Virus record (IMG/VR): IMGVR_UViG_3300043399_000877
Coordinates: 317,887-381,886 of that record
Length of the DNA stretch: 64,000 bases
Direction: 5' to 3' (one strand)
Position 1 is the stretch's first letter; every line of letters starts with the position of its first letter. A program made the position numbers and the translations under genes. Shown here in pieces: positions 29,533 to 37,501 of the stretch. A model generated the notes under the pieces. That model was given only the letters and a program-made list of their open reading frames with translations, ran no database searches and was not told where the DNA came from.

Positions 29533-30298
29533 AGTTAAACTCCTTTATATTACTTATTAGACTTTCGAACTTGTCTAAATAGATCATATTGGGGCCATCA
29601 CTAGGAGCCATAGAAGGATCAGTATGGGTTTCAATAAAAAAATTACTAATACCAAGAGCGCTAGCAGCCCTAGCCAAGCCAGGGACGTAATCGCGATTTC
29701 CACCACTTGAGTCGCCGTTACCTCCGGGTCGTTGTACGCTGTGAGTAACATCGAAAACAATTGGAACATCATAACTATCGAGCATATACTGGAGACCAGT
29801 AAAATCAACAACAAGATTGTTATAACCAAAACTTGTACCCCTTTCAGTTATCCAAACTTCCGCGGTCCCGGTTTTTGAAAGTATACCTGCAACGTCCCAG
29901 GGTGCGAGGAATTGTCCTTTTTTAATGTTGACCGGTTTACCTGACTTGCAAGCAGCTACTATAAGATCGGTTTGCCGACATAAGAACGCAGGAATTTGTA
30001 TAACGTCGACCTCGTCTGTGTATACATCCTTGATTAACATGACCTGTGCAACCGTATGTACGTCAGTCAGGATTTTTAAACCCGGAAGATATTCTTTTAA
30101 TTTACGGAAGTCTGCCATAGTGGCTTCAAGACCCTGGCCACGCTTACCGGAAATACTGGTTCGGTTCGCTTTGTCAAAACTGGCTTTAAAATAGTATTCA
30201 AAGCCGTATGACTCGCATACGGCTTTGCAATGTGTCGCAATTTCTAATGATTGGTCAAAACTTTCGTGTTGACACGGACCTGCAATAATTCTCTTCAT
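29501..30298 (-). CDS. kdsA: 3-deoxy-8-phosphooctulonate (KDO8P) synthase
   Basis: IAGPC, KASFDKANRTS, QIPAFLCRQTDL, KKGQFLAP, ERGTSFGY and DVTHSVQ motifs. Confidence 0.96.
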   Translation of the reverse strand: MKRIIAGPCQHESFDQSLEIATHCKAVCESYGFEYYFKASFDKANRTSISGKRGQGLEATMADFRKLKEYLPGLKILTDVHTVAQVMLIKDVYTDEVDVIQIPAFLCRQTDLIVAACKSGKPVNIKKGQFLAPWDVAGILSKTGTAEVWITERGTSFGYNNLVVDFTGLQYMLDSYDVPIVFDVTHSVQRPGGNGDSSGGNRDYVPGLARAASALGISNFFIETHTDPSMAPSDGPNMIYLDKFESLISNIKEFNYESRKNMGHN

Positions 30299-30301
30299 CC
30301 A

Positions 30302-30622
30302 TTACTTAGTCCGGGAGGCAAACTCGGTAATGCTAGAATTGGATAAAGCCGTACAGTCGACAGCATCAAGTCCCAGTCCATGCGGGGTTCCTTTGATATA
30401 AACAAAGCACAGACCGGTGGTAGTGTCTCGGAAAAACTCGATACCTGACAGATATTCTACTGTGGCTTTGCGTGATGCCTCAGCCTGTTCGGCAGCACGT
30501 TGGGCAATCTGTTCCGGAGTAGGCTGCTCAAAATTGTACAGTACATAACCCAGATATCCGAGCATGCTGGTTACGACGAGCAGCCCTACAAAAATAAGAA
30601 AGTTTTGAATTCTTTTGATCAC
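30302..30622 (-). CDS. Membrane-anchored hypothetical protein
   Basis: N-terminal TM; FRDTTTGLCF motif. Confidence 0.55.
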   Translation of the reverse strand: MIKRIQNFLIFVGLLVVTSMLGYLGYVLYNFEQPTPEQIAQRAAEQAEASRKATVEYLSGIEFFRDTTTGLCFVYIKGTPHGLGLDAVDCTALSNSSITEFASRTK

Positions 30623-31323
30623 GTTTTTTCTCCGATTTTTTCAGATGATCTGTAAGTTCCGATTCTTGGGGCCACACTAAGGTTGATCCACGATTCCATG
30701 CCCATGCCATCATGCGCTTCTTCAATAACATACGCCAGTTTATTCAAACTGAGTCGCTTTTGTTGCTCGTTCCATATGTCTTGATGCTCAGCCTTGCCAT
30801 CCCGCGCATTGCGGATCCATTGTTGCATGTCGTAATCTTTGACCTTCTTTAATGGTACGCGACCCTGCATAATCGACTTTACCACATAACCGTAAAAGTC
30901 ATTGAGAAAGTTATAAACCTCAAGACGACGTTTGCGGATTTTTTCCCGGTCGGCATTGGCTTTTTCTTCTAGACTTTTGATTTTTGCAGCTTCAAGCTCT
31001 TCAAGAATATCTTTTAGCTGATCACCGAGGCTGGGTTGTTTGTTGATATCGAGAGTTTTGGGCTCATAATTTTCGCAAGATGGAATGCATTCTGCAAAAA
31101 GACCGCACGGGCATCCACCACCATAATCATACTTTGCCACTCTACTAGCCTCCGGTTTGTTTAACTCTCTGAGTTGACGAACCAACTCGGGATTGGGTTG
31201 GCAAAGGCCCGGACCGTGTCCGGACCCCACCATGTTAAGTCCCGGAGCACCACAGGTCAGACAATAGTATCCCCGATACAACCCGTCCGGTCTCTGATGC
31301 TCTGCGGGCATGTCATTCACCAA
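30619..31323 (-). CDS. Hypothetical protein with Cys-rich N-terminal modules
   Basis: CLTC...C and CPCGLFAECIPSC; C-terminal HDGMGMESW. Confidence 0.55.
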   Translation of the reverse strand: MVNDMPAEHQRPDGLYRGYYCLTCGAPGLNMVGSGHGPGLCQPNPELVRQLRELNKPEASRVAKYDYGGGCPCGLFAECIPSCENYEPKTLDINKQPSLGDQLKDILEELEAAKIKSLEEKANADREKIRKRRLEVYNFLNDFYGYVVKSIMQGRVPLKKVKDYDMQQWIRNARDGKAEHQDIWNEQQKRLSLNKLAYVIEEAHDGMGMESWINLSVAPRIGTYRSSEKIGEKT

Positions 31324-32011
31324 TACGCTTGGTCAGCAACTTAACCCCTTTGAACGCCACAGTAGCAGCTTCGCTACGGGTGTTCACCGAAGTGACGCGA
31401 GCGATTTCGCTCTTGCCAACCGGGCTGTTATCCAGGATAACATAATCGCCGACTTCGACGTCGCCCTCGACGCCCAGGTAGTGGTACTCGGTCCCGTTGT
31501 TAGGGAAACGGATACCAAACGTGTAAGGCATAACAACGTCAACTTCGTTTTTGTCGAATGCCAGCACTTCACCAGTGCCCTTCATTTCCAGGACCAGCTT
31601 ACCTTGGCTGTTAACAGCCAGCATGGTACCGAAGCGAGGGGTGGCTTCTCGGGTTTGATACAGTTTGTTCTTCATGTCAGTGTTCCTTTCTTCGGTTTCA
31701 ATAACAGTTTCGTCGTTGTTGGGTGTGCTGTAAAACACAAAGTCGCTTTCTGGCCGCCACTTGAGGCATCCAGCATATCCTGCTCGGGTTCGACTCACAT
31801 AGTCTGCTTGCACAGCATGACCACGGGTCTTTACGATCTTCATCATAGCTCGGCCATGGCGCAGCCTAACCGAGTCACCTACCGAAAACTTTCCGGTAGA
31901 TTCTTTTGGGGGCGACTTCTTATCTCCTAGAAAGCGCACAGTGTCCCAGCACATCTCGCGGTCACTCGAACCATGCCGCCAAATGTCATTTAAATATTCA
32001 TCTTGCCACAT
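31313..32011 (-). CDS. Hypothetical protein, possibly two fused SH3-like modules
   Basis: FSVGDSVR and VEVGDYV; internal SD plus ATG at MKNKLY. Confidence 0.55.
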   Translation of the reverse strand: MWQDEYLNDIWRHGSSDREMCWDTVRFLGDKKSPPKESTGKFSVGDSVRLRHGRAMMKIVKTRGHAVQADYVSRTRAGYAGCLKWRPESDFVFYSTPNNDETVIETEERNTDMKNKLYQTREATPRFGTMLAVNSQGKLVLEMKGTGEVLAFDKNEVDVVMPYTFGIRFPNNGTEYHYLGVEGDVEVGDYVILDNSPVGKSEIARVTSVNTRSEAATVAFKGVKLLTKRIGE

Positions 32012-32036
32012 GGCGTTACCTCGTGTTATTTGTTGT

Positions 32037-32065
32037 ATAGTAACAGTGTTGCACTAGCTTGTCAA
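32037..32065 (-). promoter_or_regulatory. Sigma70-type early promoter
   Basis: TTGACA-N17-TACTAT. Confidence 0.7.
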
Positions 32066-32823
32066 CGGGTTTTCCAAGGATCTTTGCCGTAAGAGAAGCT
32101 CTTTTTAAAAGGTGTAGTGGATTTCCTGCTCAGTGTAGCAATGGTTTGCGCACGGTCATGTACGTATTTTTCGGCTTCAAGAGTCTTGGCAATACCCGGC
32201 CAATCGTCCAAGAAGAAACTCACCCCGTAAGTGTAGATGTTGTTGCCACCACCGCCACCGGTACCGGTATGAATTCTAGTGCTCTTGAAGATATCGCTGC
32301 AAAAACTCGGAGTATCGTGGGTAAGTTTGAAACTAATCCTTCCGCCAAACCCCGGATAGCCGCGCGGTGCCGGTGAACCGTCCGGCAGTTTATTATCTCC
32401 ACCCCAGTTTGTAACACCAGTGTGCGGGCAGCTATGGCTATTGCTGATACTTTCGCTAAAGTCCAGTGAAAGATATTGAATTTTTATTCCAAATTCGTCG
32501 CGGACTTTGGCCCATTTTGTCTTTCCGCTATGCCAACAATTGCGATCTGCGAGAGTCCAAAAGACATCCGGATTTGCTTCAATCCACTCAATAACGCTCA
32601 TAAAGTCTGGCTGATCCCACAGTCCTTGCAGACGACGCGTGAACGCAAGGTCTCGAGCTCGCTTGTGCATGCGAGATGTTCTGAGTGATTTCAAATGGGC
32701 CACGTAGCTGCGTTTTGTCGCGTAGAGTTCTTTGGTCCAAGGACAAATGTAAGCCCGAGATTTTTTTGCCTCGTCAACCGGGATCATAATTCCGTTGCTT
32801 TTGTATACTTGAATCGCTGGCAT
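32062..32823 (-). CDS. Conserved hypothetical phage protein
   Basis: SNSHSCPHTGVTNW and IHTGTGGG motifs. Confidence 0.65.
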   Translation of the reverse strand: MPAIQVYKSNGIMIPVDEAKKSRAYICPWTKELYATKRSYVAHLKSLRTSRMHKRARDLAFTRRLQGLWDQPDFMSVIEWIEANPDVFWTLADRNCWHSGKTKWAKVRDEFGIKIQYLSLDFSESISNSHSCPHTGVTNWGGDNKLPDGSPAPRGYPGFGGRISFKLTHDTPSFCSDIFKSTRIHTGTGGGGGNNIYTYGVSFFLDDWPGIAKTLEAEKYVHDRAQTIATLSRKSTTPFKKSFSYGKDPWKTR

Positions 32824-32861
32824 GGCTTGGCCCCCGTTAAAATTACTCAGTATGTCTAGTG

Positions 32862-33164
32862 TCAGCGTGACGGGAAGTCAACAGGTTTTTTGACGGCGGC
32901 GCGGCGTTCTTCCATAGTCATGGGTTCTCTGGGTTCTTCAGTCCAGTGACCGCCCCAGCGTCTCCGCTGATTTTCTTCGTATGTCAACTCTTTGCTAAGA
33001 TATTCGCCACTCCAACTGTCAATTACGTCAGCCATTTCGTACAGTGCTGCAATCACACTGTTTTGATCTCCCCAACCGTATTCCATATAAGAGTTAGAAT
33101 TGCGAGCATTGAGGAACGCTGCACGTTCTCTCATAGCGTCTGCTAGGCTTTTCGGGTCTTTCAT
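32862..33164 (-). CDS. Hypothetical protein
   Basis: ATGA-coupled start MKDPKS. Confidence 0.5.
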   Translation of the reverse strand: MKDPKSLADAMRERAAFLNARNSNSYMEYGWGDQNSVIAALYEMADVIDSWSGEYLSKELTYEENQRRRWGGHWTEEPREPMTMEERRAAVKKPVDFPSR

Positions 33165-33499
33165 TGGGTTGCACTGCTCCATTTTAAGCTAAAGAATGTT
33201 GCATCTCGTTCGTCTTTAAAATACCAACAGTTACTATAAATTCGATACTCGTCTTTAATAAATTGTCTGCACCATTCATCGCTTATTTTTGCTTTAGTAT
33301 GCTGTATTACTTCGGTCCAACCTTGAGATTTTAGTGTAGCCTTTTCGACTTCTCTTAAGACTTCTCGATCAAGTTCTTCTTGTAATATTTTGGCAAGATT
33401 GTCGTTTATTTCTGTGTAAAGATCATCTGCCTTCTCGACGGTCCAAGTTGCTTTCAGAGTTCTGCTTTTTGCTAGTACAACTGTTTTTTCTATTTTCAT
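33161..33499 (-). CDS. Fusion: major-capsid-protein fragment plus small-family domain
   Basis: N-terminus KIEKTVVLAKSRTLKATWTVE...LAKILQEELDREVL resembles a gp23 segment; C-terminus WYFKDERDATFFSLKWS. Confidence 0.65.
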   Translation of the reverse strand: MKIEKTVVLAKSRTLKATWTVEKADDLYTEINDNLAKILQEELDREVLREVEKATLKSQGWTEVIQHTKAKISDEWCRQFIKDEYRIYSNCWYFKDERDATFFSLKWSSATQ

Positions 33500-33512
33500 T
33501 CACTCCACCTCA

Positions 33513-33716
33513 TCACTCCCCCGTATACTTTAACATCATTAGCAACATTTCTGACTCACTCTGCACTCGCCTAATATCCGGATATTTTTCAAAGAATCCT
33601 TCGCTCGCCTGACCGGGTTTACAATGCCATACTTTGCTAGCAGTCCAGTCAAATTCTGCCCAATATCCAGTGTCGGGATCAGACAACCGCATCTTGTTTA
33701 TACGAGTGATTTTCAT
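33513..33716 (-). CDS. Small-family paralogue
   Basis: Ends VQSESEMLLMMLKYT. Confidence 0.55.
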   Translation of the reverse strand: MKITRINKMRLSDPDTGYWAEFDWTASKVWHCKPGQASEGFFEKYPDIRRVQSESEMLLMMLKYTGE

Positions 33717-33943
33717 TAACCGAACCTTAAAATAAACATGATAGCGTCCCGCTCATTTTCAAAAAGAAAATACCCCACACTGCCTTCAGCGAAGTCAACT
33801 TCATATACAAAAGTTGCACCGAACTTTTGTTTAATATAATCACGAAAAATGCTATCCGATTCGGGATTTTCTTTAAGATAGCGATTTAAGTTTTGATTTT
33901 CTTGAACATCTGCAAAGTATCGCCCGCTCGTTACTTTTATCAT
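33716..33943 (-). CDS. Small-family paralogue
   Basis: Ends FLFENERDAIMFILRFG. Confidence 0.7.
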   Translation of the reverse strand: MIKVTSGRYFADVQENQNLNRYLKENPESDSIFRDYIKQKFGATFVYEVDFAEGSVGYFLFENERDAIMFILRFG

Positions 33944-34371
33944 GACCACCTCAACAAAAACAAAATATAGTCTCGTTCGTCTTTAAAAGCAAAGAACAAT
34001 TCGTCACTGCCACCGATTCCGTTGGGAAGGTATTGTCCTTCGTGGTCCATTATTACACGTTCCCAATGCCAACGGAATTTACCTCGGCAATTTTGATTGC
34101 ACCAATTGGCAATACGTTCACCATTCCAGTATTCACCCCACATAGCATCAAAATTCCAATCAAGATTGCGATACGGTACATGTGCAATATACGGATATCC
34201 AAATAACTGGTCTTTGACAGTATCGCCACGCTCGTTAAAATCAGGATCATATCTCCTAAAATAACGTTCCCAGGTCTGGCAACCGCTCCGTTCGAGCGCG
34301 CGGTCCCAACTGCGTTCAAGTAACAGATATTTTATCCATAAAAATGGGTTGCGGGGTCTTATATCTTTCAT
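33940..34371 (-). CDS. Small-family paralogue with N-terminal extension
   Basis: Ends FAFKDERDYILFLLRWS; start MKDIRP by ATGA coupling. Confidence 0.7.
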   Translation of the reverse strand: MKDIRPRNPFLWIKYLLLERSWDRALERSGCQTWERYFRRYDPDFNERGDTVKDQLFGYPYIAHVPYRNLDWNFDAMWGEYWNGERIANWCNQNCRGKFRWHWERVIMDHEGQYLPNGIGGSDELFFAFKDERDYILFLLRWS

Positions 34372-34754
34372 GTTTGGGGCCATCGTAGACTGAACAACAG
34401 TGCATCGCGTTCGTATGCAAACCAAAAGTCATTCATGCTGCGAATATATGTGCCCGGTTTAAACGTTTTCCGACACCATTCTTTTGCTTCAATTACATCG
34501 CTGTAACGGATTCGGAATTTTTCGTATCCCAGAGACGTAATATAATCCGGATGATGAGCAATACGGCGATTGTAAATTTTTAAGAAATGACCAAAATGCG
34601 ACTTCGTTAGAACAACCCTTCCGCTGTAACCGGTTTTGCTGGTAAGAATATCTATAATCGGACCAGTCATGGGTTGAACGCCCAAGATATCTTGTGCAAT
34701 TATGGTTGGCATCACCCTGCGTATAATAGGTATTAAAACTTTTGCGTCTGACAT
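34368..34754 (-). CDS. Fusion: Gol-peptide-like capsid fragment plus small-family domain
   Basis: N-terminus VLIPIIRRVMPTIIAQDILGVQPMTGP; C-terminus FWFAYERDALLFSLRWP. Confidence 0.75.
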   Translation of the reverse strand: MSDAKVLIPIIRRVMPTIIAQDILGVQPMTGPIIDILTSKTGYSGRVVLTKSHFGHFLKIYNRRIAHHPDYITSLGYEKFRIRYSDVIEAKEWCRKTFKPGTYIRSMNDFWFAYERDALLFSLRWPQT

Positions 34755-34975
34755 TCCGTTGCCCGCTTTTGTCCACCGCGCCGAAAGTCCCAGCCTTGGC
34801 CTCCCATTGCTTCAAGACTTTTCCACATTTCAGCGATCTCAACGCATTGCCGTGGCTGTCCGATGCTGCCTACCATTGCAAAACAACTGGTACAGCGATA
34901 ACCCATTTCACTGGGGATATCGAATTCAGCTGTGCTTCCACAGGGTAAAAATATTTGAGTTGGTGTTGGTATCAT
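34733..34975 (-). CDS. Small Cys-rich hypothetical protein
   Basis: LPCGS...YRCTSCFAMVGSIGQP..C. Confidence 0.55.
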   Translation of the reverse strand: MIPTPTQIFLPCGSTAEFDIPSEMGYRCTSCFAMVGSIGQPRQCVEIAEMWKSLEAMGGQGWDFRRGGQKRATECQTQKF

Positions 34976-34979
34976 GTCG

Positions 34980-35219
34980 TTAACCGTGTTTGAGAATGAA
35001 TATTGTTAAGTAGCGTTCATCGCCACTAAACTTGAGGTAGCGTCGTTTATTTTTTTGCACAACAGTAAATCCCTGAGTCCAGAGCCAGTCTTCAAATCTT
35101 TGATTTTTGGTAGTGTTGGGATATTGATATTTTTGTGGCCAACGTGTATCGGCCAAACTGTCTCCGTACTTCCACTTTTGATAAACTCGATCTAAAAAAT
35201 CAGGATCTAGTATTGTCAT
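34980..35219 (-). CDS. Small-family paralogue
   Basis: Start MTILDP; ends LKFSGDERYLTIFILKHG. Confidence 0.65.
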   Translation of the reverse strand: MTILDPDFLDRVYQKWKYGDSLADTRWPQKYQYPNTTKNQRFEDWLWTQGFTVVQKNKRRYLKFSGDERYLTIFILKHG

Positions 35220-35403
35220 TCGGACACCCAAGCAAAAACAGAGTATGGTACCGTTCTTCACTAAATTGCACATAGTAGTCATTGTATATGAACCCAGTGC
35301 ATGTAATTTTAAAAGCACTAGGGTCCAAATTTTTTCTTATCCAGGCAACCCGCGCGCGAACAGTTGGATCGTCTTCATCACCCAAGCAGATTTTCATGAC
35401 CAC
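35200..35403 (-). CDS. Small-family paralogue
   Basis: VAWIRKN...VQFSEERYHTLFLLG. Confidence 0.6.
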   Translation of the reverse strand: MVMKICLGDEDDPTVRARVAWIRKNLDPSAFKITCTGFIYNDYYVQFSEERYHTLFLLGCPNDNTRS

Positions 35404-35657
35404 CTCAGCATAAAAAGCGTAACATACTTTTCATCGGGGAACTCCAAATCAACATACCTGACTGTTTTGACTATAGTATGATTTTGTACGTGAAGTGTTT
35501 TACACTTATAAGTTTCTTCAAGATACCGATATACGGATTTAGTGCCGTTGAGCCCACCGTTTTTTATTAAAACGTGAACAGACTCGTTAACAGCACGTTT
35601 CCAAGAACGGTAAATAGGGCTATTGGCCCGTAAACCATGATATTGTATCATCCCCAC
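35394..35657 (-). CDS. Small-family paralogue
   Basis: Ends LEFPDEKYVTLFMLRWS. Confidence 0.7.
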   Translation of the reverse strand: MGMIQYHGLRANSPIYRSWKRAVNESVHVLIKNGGLNGTKSVYRYLEETYKCKTLHVQNHTIVKTVRYVDLEFPDEKYVTLFMLRWS

Positions 35658-35845
35658 CTCAATCGCACCAGTGTTAGTTTTTTTGGATCATATACCTGAA
35701 TTCCCTGAGTCTTCATTCTAATTTTGATCCAATCATAGTCTTTACCGGCCTGGCCAACACTACATGACAACCAGTCGCACACTTCTTGGTAGTTTGACGC
35801 ATCTATGTTAAAGAAAACACAGTTGTCTTCCATAGTTAGCCCCAC
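35648..35845 (-). CDS. Small-family paralogue
   Basis: VCDWL...GIQVYDPKKLTLVRLRWG. Confidence 0.65.
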   Translation of the reverse strand: MGLTMEDNCVFFNIDASNYQEVCDWLSCSVGQAGKDYDWIKIRMKTQGIQVYDPKKLTLVRLRWG

Positions 35846-36039
35846 CTCAGCATAAACAACGTGCGTTTGTGATCGTCAAATATTTTTATACCAGCACACT
35901 GGTAATCAATAAAAATCAGTTGGTAGTCGACATCTTTTTTGCCCATGTTTTGATCAATCCAAGACAGTAAGCCATGATAATAACCGGCCCGTCGCCGTTC
36001 AAACATTATAATGTCGTCTGTTATACTCTCAGATTTCAT
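35836..36039 (-). CDS. Small-family paralogue
   Basis: LSWIDQN...GIKIFDDHKRTLFMLRWG. Confidence 0.65.
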   Translation of the reverse strand: MKSESITDDIIMFERRRAGYYHGLLSWIDQNMGKKDVDYQLIFIDYQCAGIKIFDDHKRTLFMLRWG

Positions 36040-36445
36040 AATCCAAGTCGCCAGTGTCGCTCATGTTGTCACGACGGCCGCGCTGGCCGTCGTACTCTAG
36101 ATGGCGGATATAATTACGCAAATATCTTTCGATATTTTCACGGCCCACGGGATTCATGCTATGAACATAGAAATCAAAATCTGCAGGAATTTCGAGGTTC
36201 CCGTCCATATGCTGGTCCACAATCCACTGAGCAATATTGAAGCCAGTGGGCTCGTTGTTGCCGAGGTCGTGATCGAAAGAAATGAAGTTCGGAGCAATTA
36301 ATCCATGATTGATTATGGCTTGAATTGCTTGATCTCGATTGCGCACAACTGTCCACTGCTGCTCACGATAACGCTCTTGCATACGGCGAGGGGCCCAAGT
36401 AACGTCCTGCAAATTGCGCTCGTCATCAATAAAAAGATTCCACAT
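36029..36445 (-). CDS. Cyclic-phosphate-processing receiver-like domain protein
   Basis: LFIDDER, ISFDHDLG and VHSMNPVGRENI motifs. Confidence 0.8.
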   Translation of the reverse strand: MWNLFIDDERNLQDVTWAPRRMQERYREQQWTVVRNRDQAIQAIINHGLIAPNFISFDHDLGNNEPTGFNIAQWIVDQHMDGNLEIPADFDFYVHSMNPVGRENIERYLRNYIRHLEYDGQRGRRDNMSDTGDLDYEI

Positions 36446-36466
36446 GACTGTCTCCTAGTTTAGCTT

Positions 36467-36495
36467 AACCTAGCATGTCTAGCAACATATGTCAA
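36467..36495 (-). promoter_or_regulatory. Sigma70-type promoter driving the receiver gene and paralogue array
   Basis: TTGACA-N17-TAGGTT with TG extension. Confidence 0.65.
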
Positions 36496-36505
36496 TGCGG
36501 TTTTT

Positions 36506-36589
36506 TGGTGCCGCCGGGGAGACTCGAACTCCCACGACCGAAGTCACAAGCACCTCAAGCTTGCGTGGCTACCATTACACCACGGCGGC
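36506..36589 (-). tRNA. tRNA-Leu(GAG)
   Basis: Cloverleaf with long variable arm; loop TTGAGGT; encoded CCA. Confidence 0.9.
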
Positions 36590-36606
36590 AATTGTCCTTA
36601 ATATAA

Positions 36607-36774
36607 TCATTTAAGTTTTTGTATGGCATCTTCTATTTGTTTCAACGCAAAAGTAGTAAGGAGATACTCACTTCTTTTGTCACATTTGTCGCTTAAGAAA
36701 AGTTCTAAGTTACAAATAGCAGATTTAATATCACCCTCTATTGTACCTTTTGTGTTAATACAGAACAATCCCAT
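36607..36774 (-). CDS. Small hypothetical protein
   Basis: Start MGLFCI after SD GAGG; the longer ORF-track version overlaps a tRNA. Confidence 0.45.
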   Translation of the reverse strand: MGLFCINTKGTIEGDIKSAICNLELFLSDKCDKRSEYLLTTFALKQIEDAIQKLK

Positions 36775-36789
36775 GTAACTTCCTCTAAA

Positions 36790-36866
36790 TGGTACCCCCG
36801 GCAGGACTCTAACCCACAACCCTCGCGTTCGAAGCGCGATGCTCTATACAATTGAGCTACGGAGGC
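36790..36866 (-). tRNA. tRNA-Arg(TCG)
   Basis: Loop CTTCGAA; atypical T-loop TTAGAGT; CCA. Confidence 0.85.
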
Positions 36867-36871
36867 AAAAA

Positions 36872-37120
36872 TTATCTAAGTCGAGGATTCTGGACAAACC
36901 GTCCACCGGCACCGCGAACTTTAGGACGAACTATCTTGTTCGCCTTCATCTGAGTGGCTGCGATATCACATCCGTCATTGAAACTGGGACTGGAACTGTC
37001 ACATGGATCCAGTTTATTACGACTACGAGCGTAGCGATATCCAGCGGCATGACCACTGCAATCTTTGGTGCAGGGTCTGCCCTGGAAAGTTAGTTCGGTT
37101 ATGATATCACGTAACAACAT
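36872..37120 (-). CDS. Small late protein with a Cys motif
   Basis: CTKDCSGHAAGY...C..SFNDGC; TAAATActgtATG start. Confidence 0.6.
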   Translation of the reverse strand: MLLRDIITELTFQGRPCTKDCSGHAAGYRYARSRNKLDPCDSSSPSFNDGCDIAATQMKANKIVRPKVRGAGGRFVQNPRLR

Positions 37121-37135
37121 ACAGTATTTATGCCA

Positions 37136-37501
37136 TTACAGCAGTTTTAGATCCCCGGTTATGGGTTGCAGACGCTCGTGCGTGTCTGGGCCCACAGCAA
37201 TGCAGGTGTTGGTGGGCGTGCCGTTAAACACAGTCAAGCCTGCGTCCGTGACAAGCTCAGCGATGAGCCCTGCCGCACGGGCGCGATTGTATACGTCCAG
37301 CAACTCTTCCTCGCTGCTGACACCCACTGCAATCTTGGTAAACTTACCTTCTAGCCATTCTTTGACTCTCGGGTCAGCAAAGTTCACAAGAGTGGCTTTC
37401 ATGCTTGCATGTGCGCCCTGCGCGATCTCTTTACCACGCGGCATCTTGAGATCTTTTCTCATTACAATAATCTGTTTCATAGCAGTATCCTTAGTCGTCA
37501 A
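37136..37501 (-). CDS. Peptidyl-tRNA hydrolase, Pth2 type
   Basis: KQIIVMRKDL..GKEIAQGAHA, DAGLTVF and TCIAVGP motifs. Confidence 0.93.
   Translation of the reverse strand: MTTKDTAMKQIIVMRKDLKMPRGKEIAQGAHASMKATLVNFADPRVKEWLEGKFTKIAVGVSSEEELLDVYNRARAAGLIAELVTDAGLTVFNGTPTNTCIAVGPDTHERLQPITGDLKLL

Noticed and set aside
33161-34754. Degraded major capsid pseudogene
   Set aside because: Each capsid-like piece is an in-frame N-terminus of an intact ORF, and intact unrelated paralogues lie between them; no other capsid remnants were seen.
33161-36039. Diversity-generating retroelement or recombination cassette behind the paralogue array
   Set aside because: No reverse transcriptase, recombinase or near-identical DNA repeats are visible; the similarity is at protein-motif level only.
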